A DNA stretch of 64,000 nt from Promethearchaeati archaeon. Lineage in GTDB: Archaea > Asgardarchaeota > Heimdallarchaeia > Heimdallarchaeales > Heimdallarchaeaceae. The translations under genes and the position numbers were made by a program. How positions within the stretch are numbered: position 1 is the first letter of the stretch; each line of letters starts with the position of its first letter. This document shows positions 10,451 to 21,250 of the stretch, in pieces. Under the pieces are notes generated by a model. It made no database searches. It saw nothing but the letters and a program-made list of their open reading frames with translations, and had not been told where the DNA came from. The stretch lies in assembly GCA_013166775.1 (NCBI GenBank), contig JABLTJ010000003.1, positions 64,001 to 128,000 of the forward strand. The letters run 5' to 3'.

Positions 10451-11293
10451 ATGAATGAAGAAATTCAGTTCATAACTACTAGAGAAAAACCTGAATTCAA
10501 GATAAGATTAGCAAAATTCCCTTCCAAGGAAGAGAAATATTCTCATCGTAACATAATTGTTATACCTGGCTGGTTAAGTGCTATAGATAATTTTACTCCA
10601 ATGGCTAAAGCTTTGCAAAAATATAGTAATGTTATAATCTATGAACCCAGAGGTTTTGGGAAATCCATTACTTCTCATAAGAAAGGTTATTTCAGTTCAG
10701 AAGAATATAATGATGAATTATCAAAAGTAATTGAACATCTTGGTCTGAAAAACAAGGAATTCATCATTCTTGGTAGCTGTTCAGGAGGTTCACAAACATT
10801 TTGTCACTATTTAGATGGAGACGGACCTAAACCTAGAGCTTTGGTGATTTTTAGCCCTCAAGAGTTCTACAATACTCCATTTTTTGTTCCTGCTCTAGGA
10901 TTAATCCCAACATTCATTATGATTTTTGTTCAGAAGATGATAATCGTACTCTATAGATTTTATTTAAAGGTTCGACGAACAGGAGAATCAGCTAATGTAA
11001 CTTGGGCAGCAGATAGATTGAGGAAAAATGATGATTGGAGTCTTCGTCGATTTGTTGTAGAGTTTATAGTTAAGTATGATATACGAGATAGACAAAAAGA
11101 GATTGATGTTCCAATACAAATGATAGTTGCAAAACAAGATCATTTTGTGGATCCTGAGAAATCAAAGAAATTTATTCATCTCACTGATTCAGAAATTGTT
11201 GAGATTCAGACTGATATGCACAGAATATACGAAGGTAAAGAAGATGAAATAGCCAAAAAAATGAATGATTTCTTGACTAAACTAGCCTATTAA
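10451..11293 (+). CDS. Alpha/beta fold hydrolase, paralog of 4782..5615
   Basis: IPGW, YEPRGFGKS, elbow GSCSG. Confidence 0.85.
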   Translation: MNEEIQFITTREKPEFKIRLAKFPSKEEKYSHRNIIVIPGWLSAIDNFTPMAKALQKYSNVIIYEPRGFGKSITSHKKGYFSSEEYNDELSKVIEHLGLKNKEFIILGSCSGGSQTFCHYLDGDGPKPRALVIFSPQEFYNTPFFVPALGLIPTFIMIFVQKMIIVLYRFYLKVRRTGESANVTWAADRLRKNDDWSLRRFVVEFIVKYDIRDRQKEIDVPIQMIVAKQDHFVDPEKSKKFIHLTDSEIVEIQTDMHRIYEGKEDEIAKKMNDFLTKLAY

Positions 11294-11299
11294 ATATCA

Positions 11300-12193
11300 T
11301 TAATCATCATCGTAATTACTCTTAATTGGTTCAAATACTGGCACTAGAGATAATATTACCGTTTTCTTTCCAGTATGAGTTCCAACTAAAGGTGTTGCAA
11401 TTGTAAAATATTCATTACGTATCTTCAGTCTATTCTTTATTTTGTCTCGCAGTTTGCTAGCACCCCTAGGATTAGCAACATGTGAAATTACCATGTCGAA
11501 AATTAGATTCTTGTTAACACGTTTTAACGATGCTTTCAGCATCCGATTCAACATTTGATTTTCAGAGAAAAGTCCAGGAAATTTTGGTTGAAGAACCTTT
11601 TTTTCCTCAAGTACCAAAATCGGCTTAATTCTCAAGAAATTTGTAGTCTTAAGAATAAATTTAGATTTCAATCTGCCTGATTTGTAGATGTTATCAAATG
11701 TATGAAAACCAGCGCATAATAATGAATCTTTTTTCATATGAGTGATTGTATCTTTAATTTCATTTATTGAGCAACCTTTATTTGCTAATTCTACAATATT
11801 TAAAGCAATTAAACCCTCTACTCCTGAAGCTGAATCGGAGTTTACTAAAACTACTTTATCACCAATCTTTCTAGCTGCTATAGCTGCAGAAGCGTAAGTT
11901 CCACTCAGTTCTTTAGATACTGTTACACAAAAAACAAAATCGTACTTCTGCTTCTGAATGAAATTTTCAAAAACCTTATAAAAACTTGCAGGATCTGGAG
12001 CAGCTGTAGTAGGGATTTTTTCTAATCTTTCAAGAATTTCATAATACTCATCAAATGAAATGTCTTTTCCGAGACGAAGTGCTTTATCTTCAAAGGAAAC
12101 AATTTGAGATATTATTTCTATTTTATTATCCCTTATGACATCGAGAGGTAGATCTGCAGATGTATCAGTAATTACTTTTATTTTCAAATGCAT
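11300..12193 (-). CDS. DegV/FakB family protein
   Basis: ITDTSADL, TTAAP, VSKELSGT, KSGRL, LVGTHTG. Confidence 0.9.
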   Translation of the reverse strand: MHLKIKVITDTSADLPLDVIRDNKIEIISQIVSFEDKALRLGKDISFDEYYEILERLEKIPTTAAPDPASFYKVFENFIQKQKYDFVFCVTVSKELSGTYASAAIAARKIGDKVVLVNSDSASGVEGLIALNIVELANKGCSINEIKDTITHMKKDSLLCAGFHTFDNIYKSGRLKSKFILKTTNFLRIKPILVLEEKKVLQPKFPGLFSENQMLNRMLKASLKRVNKNLIFDMVISHVANPRGASKLRDKIKNRLKIRNEYFTIATPLVGTHTGKKTVILSLVPVFEPIKSNYDDD

Positions 12194-12274
12194 CTAGATT
12201 TTATATTTGCACATAGCAAAAAACTTTACTGAATATACAAAATTAACTAAGTCAAAAATAAGACACAAGAATAA

Positions 12275-13135
12275 TTAATCTATTGAAGGTAATAATCCCA
12301 TTATTATGGTTCCCTTTCCAGTATTTGTTCCAACTATTGGAGAACAATCAGTAATATAGCTTTCATTTATTTTCACTTTCTTTTTTATCATATTAGTAAC
12401 TCTTTCAGCTCCTTTGGGATTTTCAACGTTAGATACAATAAGGTCATAAGTCAATTCAACTTTTGCTCGTTTGATAATAATATCAACTAATCTCTTTTCC
12501 ATATGAGATTTAAGAAAGAATCCTGGAAATGTTGAAATCAATTCTCCTGGTCGTTCCATTACCGCTACAGGCTTTATTCCGATAAATTTGGTTAGATATA
12601 ACACAAACTTGGATTTTAATCTACCAGACTTGTAAACATTATCAAGTGTGAAGAATCCCACATCTAGGATGTATTCATCCTTTAGTTCTTCGAATATTTC
12701 AAGAATCTCATCAATAGATTTACTTTCACTCAGAAGTTTAACTGCATTCAGAACAAACAAACCCTGCACTCCAGAAGCTGACTCTGTATTAAAAATGGTG
12801 ATCTTATCCTTATAATTCTTAGCAGCTATTCTTGCTGGATTTGCAGTAGAAGAGAGTTTTTCAGATATTGAAATATATATTACATGGCCATATTTTTTTG
12901 TTTCCAAGCTTTCTTTGAATACTTCATCAAAATCTTGAGGTGTAGGAGTTGCATTTTTAGGCATCTCATTCATGTTCTTCAATCTTTGATAATAATCCTT
13001 TACAGAAATACCGATACCTATTTTCCATGCTTGATTTTCAAAGTGAATTGAATGAGGAACAGTTCCAATATCATATTTCTCTACAAATTCTAAAGGAAAA
13101 TCTGCTGCTGAATCAGTTACAACTCGAACCTTCAT
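12275..13135 (-). CDS. DegV/FakB family protein
   Basis: VTDSAADF, ISEKLSST, KSGRL, IVGTNTG. Confidence 0.9.
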   Translation of the reverse strand: MKVRVVTDSAADFPLEFVEKYDIGTVPHSIHFENQAWKIGIGISVKDYYQRLKNMNEMPKNATPTPQDFDEVFKESLETKKYGHVIYISISEKLSSTANPARIAAKNYKDKITIFNTESASGVQGLFVLNAVKLLSESKSIDEILEIFEELKDEYILDVGFFTLDNVYKSGRLKSKFVLYLTKFIGIKPVAVMERPGELISTFPGFFLKSHMEKRLVDIIIKRAKVELTYDLIVSNVENPKGAERVTNMIKKKVKINESYITDCSPIVGTNTGKGTIIMGLLPSID

Positions 13136-13249
13136 AGGACATATTGAAATAACTCACGTATAAGGTTTTACACTTGTTAATATATATGATTTTGAAATTA
13201 AACCTATAAATATTTAAAAAACATCAATTCTATTTCTCTTTGTCTTATC

Positions 13250-15010
13250 ATGAATACAAAAGAAATCGTTGATTGTGCAATGGGGAGAATAAAATCTGAT
13301 ATTGTCCTATTAAACGGTCAACTTGTCAATGTATATACTAAAGAGATAATTGAAGCAGATATTGCTATTAGTAAAGATAGAATTGTCCATGTTGGAAAGA
13401 ACACAAATGACCTAATTGGAGAAAATACCAGGGTTATTGACATTGAAGAGTCAATTATTTGCCCTGGTTTAATCGAATCTCATGTACATATTGAATCATC
13501 GATGTTAACTCTAAGTAGGTTTACAGAAGCTATTGTTCCCCATGGAACTACAACAGCAGTTATTGATCCTCATGAACTAGCAAATGTTGCTGGAATGGAA
13601 GGACTTGAAATTCTCGTTAATGAAGCAAGAAATTCCCCGATTAGCTATTTAATTGAATTACCCTCTTGCGTTCCTTCCTTACCAGGATTTGAAACTCCTG
13701 GTTCTACGATTGATTCAGAACAAGTAAAACAGTTGATTATAAGAGATGAATTCTTTGCATTAGCTGAAATGATGAATTATCCTGGAGTATTCTTAGGGCT
13801 TGAAGAGGTAATGACTAAAATAGATGCAACTAAAAAAGCAGGAAAAATTATTGAGGGACATGCTCCTCTTCTGAAGGAAAAAGAACTTCAGGCGTATGTT
13901 GCTGCTGGTATTTCATCTGATCATGAAGCAACGACGTTTGAGGAAGTTTTAGAAAAATTACGTTTAGGTATGAAATTACAAGTAAGAGAAGGTTCTTTTG
14001 CTAAAGATTTAGGGAATATTCTACAAAATCTAGATGAAAGTAAAATAGATACTCGCAATATATTAATTGCTTCTGATGATAGAAATCCAATTGATTTGAT
14101 AGAGAAAGGACATCTCAATTACACTTACAGGAAGATGGTTCAATTGGGGATGAATCCAATAGAAGCTATTCAAATGATGACTCTGAATACAGCTACTCAT
14201 TTAGGACTAGAGAAGGAAATTGGCGGAATAGCTCCAGGGAAAAGAGCTGATATAATTGTTGTAAACAATCTTGAGGAATTCAATATTAAAATGGTATTTG
14301 CTAAAGGTGAAGTATTATTCGAAAACGGAAAACTCGCTTTTCCAATTCAGGAAAAGAAGTTTCCTGATTTCATTCTAGATACTCTCTCAAAACTAGAAGT
14401 GCCAACCATTGAGAAATTGATGATAAAAGTTAATTCGCAAAATTATGTCAATGTCAGAGTGATAGGTGTAAGTGAGCATTCCTTAATTACTGAAAAGCTT
14501 GAAGCAGAACTCCAAGTACAAGATACTTTCGTTATTCCTGATATTGAAAACGATATTCTTCCGGTAGTAGTTCTTAATAGACATACAAAAGAGGAAAAAA
14601 TAGGTAAAGGATTTGTTAAAGGTTTAGGATTAAAACACGGTGCAATAGCTAGTACAGTAGCTCATGATAGTCATCAACTGATTTGTACAGGATCTAATTA
14701 TGAATTAATGCTTAAAGCAATAGAAGCATTAAAAGAGTCTCATGGAGGTTTAGTGGTTGTCACCATTGATAATATAACAATACTTCCTTTAAAATTCGCA
14801 GGAATCATGAGTACTGGAAAAATTGAGGATGTAGTCCGCCTGAATAAGGAGCTAAATAATGCTTTGAATACTCTAAATCCTGCAATATCCGAATCTTTTA
14901 TGGCGTTAGCATTCCTCGCATTACCAGTCATCCCTCATCTGAAAATCACAGATCATGGTCTAATAGATGTAGATGCTTTCGAAAAAGTGAATCCAATTAT
15001 AGAGGAGTAG
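13250..15010 (+). CDS. ade: Adenine deaminase
   Basis: HVHIESS, DPHELANV, AEMMN, GHAP, SDHE, STVAHDSH. Confidence 0.95.
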   Translation: MNTKEIVDCAMGRIKSDIVLLNGQLVNVYTKEIIEADIAISKDRIVHVGKNTNDLIGENTRVIDIEESIICPGLIESHVHIESSMLTLSRFTEAIVPHGTTTAVIDPHELANVAGMEGLEILVNEARNSPISYLIELPSCVPSLPGFETPGSTIDSEQVKQLIIRDEFFALAEMMNYPGVFLGLEEVMTKIDATKKAGKIIEGHAPLLKEKELQAYVAAGISSDHEATTFEEVLEKLRLGMKLQVREGSFAKDLGNILQNLDESKIDTRNILIASDDRNPIDLIEKGHLNYTYRKMVQLGMNPIEAIQMMTLNTATHLGLEKEIGGIAPGKRADIIVVNNLEEFNIKMVFAKGEVLFENGKLAFPIQEKKFPDFILDTLSKLEVPTIEKLMIKVNSQNYVNVRVIGVSEHSLITEKLEAELQVQDTFVIPDIENDILPVVVLNRHTKEEKIGKGFVKGLGLKHGAIASTVAHDSHQLICTGSNYELMLKAIEALKESHGGLVVVTIDNITILPLKFAGIMSTGKIEDVVRLNKELNNALNTLNPAISESFMALAFLALPVIPHLKITDHGLIDVDAFEKVNPIIEE

Positions 15011-15033
15011 AAATAAATTTCGAGATTGATGGA

Positions 15034-15672
15034 ATGAAAAGTGGATATGGAGATTTAGTCAATGAAATTAACTCTCTTATCAAAAGTGAAGTAAATTTAA
15101 CTGTAGAGAGTAAAATAAAAAAATTTGAAGAATTAGGGCAACAGACTAAAGAAGAAATCTTTCTTGAAATGTGTTTTTGTATACTTACAGCAAACTTTCA
15201 AGCAGAAAGAGGAGTTATAATACATAAAGCAATTGAGAGAGGTTTTCTTACACTAAATGAAAAAAACCTAGCAAGAAAACTTAAGGAACTAGGTTATAGA
15301 TTTCCTAACACAAGATCGCAATACATAGTTGAATCTAGAGCTCAAATAAATCAGATTTATCAACTATCAATATTAGAAAAACCTGAAATCGAATCTAGAG
15401 AATGGTTAGTTCATAATATCAAAGGACTTGGAATGAAAGAATCAAGTCATTTTTTAAGAAATATTGGTTTTAAAGATCTTGCAATTATCGATTTTCACAT
15501 TATAGATTTACTAGAAAAATACGAAATTATCTCCAAACCTATAACTATGACTAAGAATAAATATCTTGAAATAGAAGGCATATTGCGTGATATTGCTCAT
15601 AAGTTAGAACTTTATCTAGCACAATTGGATTTATTTCTTTGGTTCATTGAAACTGGGAAGATAATAAAATAA
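15034..15672 (+). CDS. ogg: 8-oxoguanine DNA glycosylase/AP lyase
   Basis: FCILTAN, YRFPNTR, KGLGMKESSHFLRNIG, AIIDFHI. Confidence 0.9.
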   Translation: MKSGYGDLVNEINSLIKSEVNLTVESKIKKFEELGQQTKEEIFLEMCFCILTANFQAERGVIIHKAIERGFLTLNEKNLARKLKELGYRFPNTRSQYIVESRAQINQIYQLSILEKPEIESREWLVHNIKGLGMKESSHFLRNIGFKDLAIIDFHIIDLLEKYEIISKPITMTKNKYLEIEGILRDIAHKLELYLAQLDLFLWFIETGKIIK

Positions 15673-15749
15673 TGCGAATTTTACTCCTCCAAACTAGCAA
15701 TAATATAAATAATTAGAATATCTTAGTTTAATTAGCTGGAAGAGAGGAA

Positions 15750-17249
15750 ATGACAAAAACAATCATTGTATTGGGTGCAGGTTTGGGAGGTTTAGCTACT
15801 GGGATTTATGCACAGATAAATGGTTTTAAAACATCAATTTTTGAAAAAAATTCCGTTCCTGGCGGTCTTGCTGCTTGTTGGAAGAGAAAACAGTATCTAA
15901 TAGATGGAGGAATTCACTTCCTTTCAGGATATAAACCTGGTTTAAATCTTTACAATGTATTCAAGGAAGTAGGAGCCCATAAAGCAGAATGTATCGATTT
16001 AGACATCTATGCAAGATTTATTGATGAAGAAAGCAATCGAAATATAGACATCTCTGCGGATTTGATTGAATTTCAGAAGAACTTAACTACACTTTTTCCT
16101 AAGGATATCGGTGTAATCAAACATTTTATCAAAGGAATAAGAGGATTGAGTAAATCAGACTTTAGTGAGTTTGGTTTTAAGAATCCTCCTGAGCTAATGA
16201 CAACCAAAGATTGGATTAAGGATTTCTGGGAAAACAGAAAATCATTGAGATATTTTGTGGGAAAATCAATGATGCCTGTTAAAGAATATGTGACGAAAAT
16301 ACATGATCCGATGTTTAGGGAGCTTCTTCTTTACATGTTTTTACCAGATATCCCTATTGTCTTCCTTTGGATGGTTCTAAGTCTCGTCTCACAAAAACAG
16401 ATGGGAGTTTTGAAAAATGGTTCTATTGATTTTGCAAGAAAAATGGTGGATAGATTCGTAGAACTTGGGGGACAGATACACTATGATTCTAAAGTTTCTG
16501 ATATACTAGTTAAGGATGATAAAGTTACAGGAATAGTACTTGAAGATGGAAGTGTACATAATTCGGATTTCTGTATCTCTGCTATCGACGGATTTACTGT
16601 GATTTTTAAAATGTTAAAAGGAAAATATCTAAATGAAAATATAGAAAGAAGATATAAGAAATGGAAAGTTGTTGATCCTTTTGTTTCTGTAAATTTTGGA
16701 GTAAATATGGAGTTTAAAGACGATGTGTGGATGACTTTCATCAAAACCACTGATCCTATCAATGTAGGAAACAAGGAAAAGAACTTTGTATTGATAAGAT
16801 TCTTTAATTATAGCAAATCATTTGCTCCTGAAGGAAAAACAGTAATTCAAGTTGATTTCGAAACTGATTGGGAATATTGGTTTGAATTAAGGAAAGATAT
16901 AACAAAATACAGAGAAGCTAAAAAACAGTTGTCAAAAGAAGTGTTATCTTGGCTAGAGAAAAGATATCCTGGAATATCTAATAAAATTGAAGTTACAGAT
17001 GTAGCTACACCTTATACCTACTGGAGATATACTCTTAATCAAAAAGGAGCATATATGGGTTTCCTACCTACTACAAAATCATTTGTAGCTACTGTAGAGA
17101 AACAACTACCTGGTTTAGAAAATTTTTATATGGCAGGCCAATGGTCAATGTCAATGGGAGGCGTGCAACCTGTAATCTATTCAGGAAAGCATGTGATACA
17201 ATTGCTTTGCAATAATGAAGGACAAGAATTTGTTACAAAGGATGACTAG
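15750..17249 (+). CDS. Phytoene desaturase-family FAD oxidoreductase
   Basis: GAGLGG, EKNSVPGG, ATPYTYWRYT, YMAGQW. Confidence 0.85.
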   Translation: MTKTIIVLGAGLGGLATGIYAQINGFKTSIFEKNSVPGGLAACWKRKQYLIDGGIHFLSGYKPGLNLYNVFKEVGAHKAECIDLDIYARFIDEESNRNIDISADLIEFQKNLTTLFPKDIGVIKHFIKGIRGLSKSDFSEFGFKNPPELMTTKDWIKDFWENRKSLRYFVGKSMMPVKEYVTKIHDPMFRELLLYMFLPDIPIVFLWMVLSLVSQKQMGVLKNGSIDFARKMVDRFVELGGQIHYDSKVSDILVKDDKVTGIVLEDGSVHNSDFCISAIDGFTVIFKMLKGKYLNENIERRYKKWKVVDPFVSVNFGVNMEFKDDVWMTFIKTTDPINVGNKEKNFVLIRFFNYSKSFAPEGKTVIQVDFETDWEYWFELRKDITKYREAKKQLSKEVLSWLEKRYPGISNKIEVTDVATPYTYWRYTLNQKGAYMGFLPTTKSFVATVEKQLPGLENFYMAGQWSMSMGGVQPVIYSGKHVIQLLCNNEGQEFVTKDD

Positions 17250-17263
17250 AAAAACTCCCAATC

Positions 17264-17279
17264 CGTAAGGTTTTTTATT
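17264..17279 (+). promoter_or_regulatory. Putative BRE/TATA promoter of alaX (CGTAAGGTTTTTTATT)
   Basis: Ends about 20 nt before ATG 17300; identical 16-mer lies upstream of cdc6. Confidence 0.55.
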
Positions 17280-17299
17280 TTTTACTTTTTGTTATTCTT

Positions 17300-18019
17300 A
17301 TGACTGAGTTTTTATTTCAAATTGATTCGTATATTAAGGAGTTTGAATCTGAGATAATAGAAATATCTGAAAATGCTTTGGTATTAGATAAAACGGCATT
17401 TTCTTATCAGGGAGGGGGATTGCAGAGTGATACTGGTATCATTCAAACAAAGAGCGGGGAGAAGTATGAAGTCAAACATGTAATCTTTAGAAAAGGAAAA
17501 GTTTTTCATTCAATAATTCCAAACCCTTCAGAAGATCTTGTTGGAAAAACAGTAAAATGTAGTATTAACTGGGAACCTCGGTACAGACAAATGAGAATGC
17601 ATACCACATTACACGCTATTTCCGCTATTCTTTACAAGAAATATGGATCAACTGTTACTGGAGGAAATATTGATCCTGAAAAGAGTAGAGTAGATTTCGA
17701 GATTGATCACTTAAGACAAGAAAGAGTTCAGGAAATTGCAGAGGCTATAGAATTGATTGTATCTGGAAGTCATGATGTCTCTATTTCGTTCTTAGAAAGA
17801 GAAGAAGCATTAAAGGATCCTGATTTAATAAGAACAAAAGTCAACCTGATACCTGAAAGCGTGAAAACAATTAGAATTGTGGAAATTGAAGATGGGATTG
17901 ATAAACAAGCTGATGGGGGAGTACATGTTGCAAACACAAAAGAAATTGGTGAATTTATTCCTTTAAAGTCAGAAAATAGAGGTAAGAATAATAAACGTTT
18001 ATATTTTACTGTAAAATAA
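17300..18019 (+). CDS. alaXM: Alanyl-tRNA editing protein AlaX-M
   Basis: GGGLQSDTG, MRMHTTLH, ADGGVHV. Confidence 0.9.
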   Translation: MTEFLFQIDSYIKEFESEIIEISENALVLDKTAFSYQGGGLQSDTGIIQTKSGEKYEVKHVIFRKGKVFHSIIPNPSEDLVGKTVKCSINWEPRYRQMRMHTTLHAISAILYKKYGSTVTGGNIDPEKSRVDFEIDHLRQERVQEIAEAIELIVSGSHDVSISFLEREEALKDPDLIRTKVNLIPESVKTIRIVEIEDGIDKQADGGVHVANTKEIGEFIPLKSENRGKNNKRLYFTVK

Positions 18020-18095
18020 CCAAATTATTAAATAAGAGGTTTAACCACAAACATTAAAAATGTGTTTTATTGAACGATAAAACGTAAGTATTTAG

Positions 18096-19028
18096 GTGAT
18101 TGGGATAATCATGAAGAAAAGAATAATAGTTGGAATATTTTTTACTGTAACTTTTCTAAGTTCAATGTTCTTCAATACTTGGACAAATGCAGCTGTATAC
18201 GATGAAACGACTGGAAACAAAATTACACCGCAAAGGGAAATTGTTAAAGCTTTTGCAGCTCCTGGTATAATGAACGATACTACTGGTTTTCTAAGTAGAA
18301 TGGAATATGACAATAGTATTATAACTGATAAGAGATTTAAATGGCAAATCGCAAAATACGAAAAAACTAGTAATTTTCATATCACTGAAGGAGATAAGAA
18401 AATCAAAGCAAATGACAAAATAATCGTAATTATTGGAGCAAATCCATTATTACAATTACCAGATGTTCATAGCTGGTGTTTAGTTTATGTAAATGACGTA
18501 ATGGCACGATATCATAGTAACGAAGAACATAGATTAGCCGTGTTCAAGTATATTCAACCTGCTAGAATCAATATAACAGGTTATGATTTATCTGAAGAAA
18601 TTAACTTCGAACTCTTAGACCTGGTTGATGATGATGGATATATTAATTATTTCGATTATCTAGAGCATTCTCTTTATGTAGATCGCAGTATGTGGACCTT
18701 TGAGGAGAAAGTAGCAATATACAATTACACTCTAATTACTGAAACTAACAATGTTACCGAAATGGAATTAACCTTTGACAAGAGATCAGGATTCTTAAAT
18801 GAGATGGACTATAGAGTATCCTACATAAATGGAACTGGAGCACCAGCAGGTGTAAACATATCATTAGTTAGATTACATGGATTTGGATTAAGATATAACA
18901 TTAGTACATGGTTAATCTGGACTCCTATCTTGATTTTAACTATTGCATTAATTGTTGCTCTTAGGATGCGTTTATTCCAAAGATACAAATTACATCGTGA
19001 AGCTATAAAGCTATCTAAAAGAGAGTAA
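18096..19028 (+). CDS. Secreted, C-terminally membrane-anchored protein
   Basis: Signal peptide, C-terminal TM plus basic tail; motifs shared with 45863 and 47174 ORFs. Confidence 0.7.
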   Translation: MIGIIMKKRIIVGIFFTVTFLSSMFFNTWTNAAVYDETTGNKITPQREIVKAFAAPGIMNDTTGFLSRMEYDNSIITDKRFKWQIAKYEKTSNFHITEGDKKIKANDKIIVIIGANPLLQLPDVHSWCLVYVNDVMARYHSNEEHRLAVFKYIQPARINITGYDLSEEINFELLDLVDDDGYINYFDYLEHSLYVDRSMWTFEEKVAIYNYTLITETNNVTEMELTFDKRSGFLNEMDYRVSYINGTGAPAGVNISLVRLHGFGLRYNISTWLIWTPILILTIALIVALRMRLFQRYKLHREAIKLSKRE

Positions 19029-19191
19029 TTCAGATACTCTCCTATTTCATTTTCTTTATTTTCCTTTGTTAAGCAGTTTATCTTTTTTTTACCTAATAAC
19101 GAAAACATTATATGTTTCCGTGATGTTTTTTTTCTTCATAAAGAAAAAGATGTGAAATCTTGATTTTATCATATTATGAAAGTGAAATTAT

Positions 19192-20709
19192 ATGCCAACT
19201 TTAAAAGTAAAAAAAATAGATATAGATGTTGAGAAACCATTCGCATTGATAAATTCTCAGACTCTAGAAGAAGTTAAAATCAAACATTCTACAAATGTAA
19301 AAGTGAAAAGTGAAAAATCAGAAATTATGTGCGAAGTATTTTCAACAACAGACCTTATACTTCCAGGTTATGTGGGTTTAAGTAAAGAATCTGCTAGTCA
19401 ATTACATGTAAAAGAAGAGAAAAAAGTTAATGTATTTGTTAGACGTCGTCCTGTTTCATTAGAACATGTCAAACAGAAAAGAGAAGGACATGTTTGGAAA
19501 GAAAATGAAATAAGAACTATTGTTAACGATATCTGCTCAAACAATTATACGGATTTAGAAATCTCTATGTTCACACTTGCACAATATTATATGGGTCTAA
19601 GCATGGATGAAATTCAATATTTAACAACATCCATGGCAGAATTTGGTATTACACTGGATTTTGATGAGCCAGTTTATGATAAACATAGTATAGGTGGAAT
19701 ACCCGGAAACAAAGTAAGTTTAGTTATAGTACCAACTGTAGCTGCTGCAGGTCTTTTAATCCCAAAAACAAGTTCAAGAGCAATTACAAGTCCTTCTGGA
19801 ACAGCTGATACAATGGAAGTTTTATGTGATGTTAATTTTTCATCTGATGAAATCTTGGAAATTGCCCCAAAAACTAGAGGAATGTTAGTTTGGGGTGGGA
19901 CTCTGGATCTTTCTCCTCTGGATGAAATTGTTATTCACAGAGTAGAGCAACCATTAGGAATCGATCCTCATAGTCAGATGCTAGCTAGTATTTTCAGTAA
20001 AAAAGTGTCAACAGGTGTCGATTACCTTGTACTAGATATTCCAACAGGTGAAGGAACTAAAATGCCTACAAAGGATGATGCTATAGATTATGCCCATGAA
20101 GCTACAGAGTTAGGAAGAAGGCTTGGTATTCAAATTGAAGCTGCATTGAGTTATGGAGAACAACCTCTTGGGAAAGCAATAGGACCTGCTCTAGAAGCAA
20201 GAGAAGCTCTGAATGTTATCTCAGGTAAAGGACCTACTAGTGTATTTGAAAAAAGTGCGGAGTTATCTGGAATACTTTTTGAAATGGCTGGTTTAGCTCA
20301 ACCAGGACAAGGGGCTTCATTAGCAGCTGATTACATTAACAAAGGAAAAACAAAAGAGAAAATGGAAGAAATAATCGGTGTGCAAGGAGGAGATGCAAAT
20401 GTTACAGCTGATGATATTGCTGTTGGGCAATTTACTGAATCAATAAAAGCTCCCAAAGATGGTTATATCATCAAACTTTCAAACGATGCCATTAAGAAAA
20501 TAGCAAAAGCTGCAGGAACTCCAAAACATAAAGAAGCAGGCATATATCTGCACAAAAAGATTGGTGATTTCTGTAGAGAAGGAGAAGAACTAATGACTAT
20601 TTATTCGAACAGTGAAGGAAGGTTAACTGAAGCTCTAAACCTCAGTGCTAATCTAAATCCCTATATATTGGAAGGTATGATTATTAAAAGAATAAAATCT
20701 GGACCATGA
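19192..20709 (+). CDS. AMP phosphorylase (archaeal thymidine phosphorylase family)
   Basis: DKHSIGGIPGNK, PKTSSRAITSPSGTADTME; N-terminal extension domain. Confidence 0.92.
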   Translation: MPTLKVKKIDIDVEKPFALINSQTLEEVKIKHSTNVKVKSEKSEIMCEVFSTTDLILPGYVGLSKESASQLHVKEEKKVNVFVRRRPVSLEHVKQKREGHVWKENEIRTIVNDICSNNYTDLEISMFTLAQYYMGLSMDEIQYLTTSMAEFGITLDFDEPVYDKHSIGGIPGNKVSLVIVPTVAAAGLLIPKTSSRAITSPSGTADTMEVLCDVNFSSDEILEIAPKTRGMLVWGGTLDLSPLDEIVIHRVEQPLGIDPHSQMLASIFSKKVSTGVDYLVLDIPTGEGTKMPTKDDAIDYAHEATELGRRLGIQIEAALSYGEQPLGKAIGPALEAREALNVISGKGPTSVFEKSAELSGILFEMAGLAQPGQGASLAADYINKGKTKEKMEEIIGVQGGDANVTADDIAVGQFTESIKAPKDGYIIKLSNDAIKKIAKAAGTPKHKEAGIYLHKKIGDFCREGEELMTIYSNSEGRLTEALNLSANLNPYILEGMIIKRIKSGP

Positions 20710-20719
20710 TAATTCTATC

Positions 20720-21175
20720 TTATGTCTTATTCTCATTTTCTATTTCTTTTCTAAGAATCATTTTATTCATGTAAAGCGATTGATCAAAATACAAGATCTC
20801 GAATCCTACTTTCTCCCAGAAAGGTTTAACAAAAGGAGAACAGCATAATTGAACAGTGTCCTCTTCAATTACATCTCGAATTAATAATTGTGCGCAAATG
20901 AATCCCAATCCTTTCCTTCTTTTATCCTCTCTAACTTCAAAAACATAAATTATAGGACACCCAACGGAAATAAATCCTCCTTCAACATCCTCTTCTGAAG
21001 GAATTATTGCTGTTACAGCAATTAGCTCAGCTTCTAAGAAAAAACCATAACATCTTATTTGTTCATCGAAAAACATTCTATACGAGGTAAAGAACGGAAA
21101 TAAATGACTTGGAACATCATCATAATCTATCAAATTGACAGTCAATTTATCCTCATGGTCTGTATCAAAGTTCAT
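20720..21175 (-). CDS. GNAT family N-acetyltransferase
   Basis: FEVREDKRRKGLG...PFWEKVGF. Confidence 0.8.
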   Translation of the reverse strand: MNFDTDHEDKLTVNLIDYDDVPSHLFPFFTSYRMFFDEQIRCYGFFLEAELIAVTAIIPSEEDVEGGFISVGCPIIYVFEVREDKRRKGLGFICAQLLIRDVIEEDTVQLCCSPFVKPFWEKVGFEILYFDQSLYMNKMILRKEIENENKT

Positions 21176-21250
21176 TTTCTTTCTCTTCGTGAAGAATGTT
21201 CTTTAAATAATTTTGTCTGTTACAAAAGATTTAAGCATTTCTTTAGTTAG

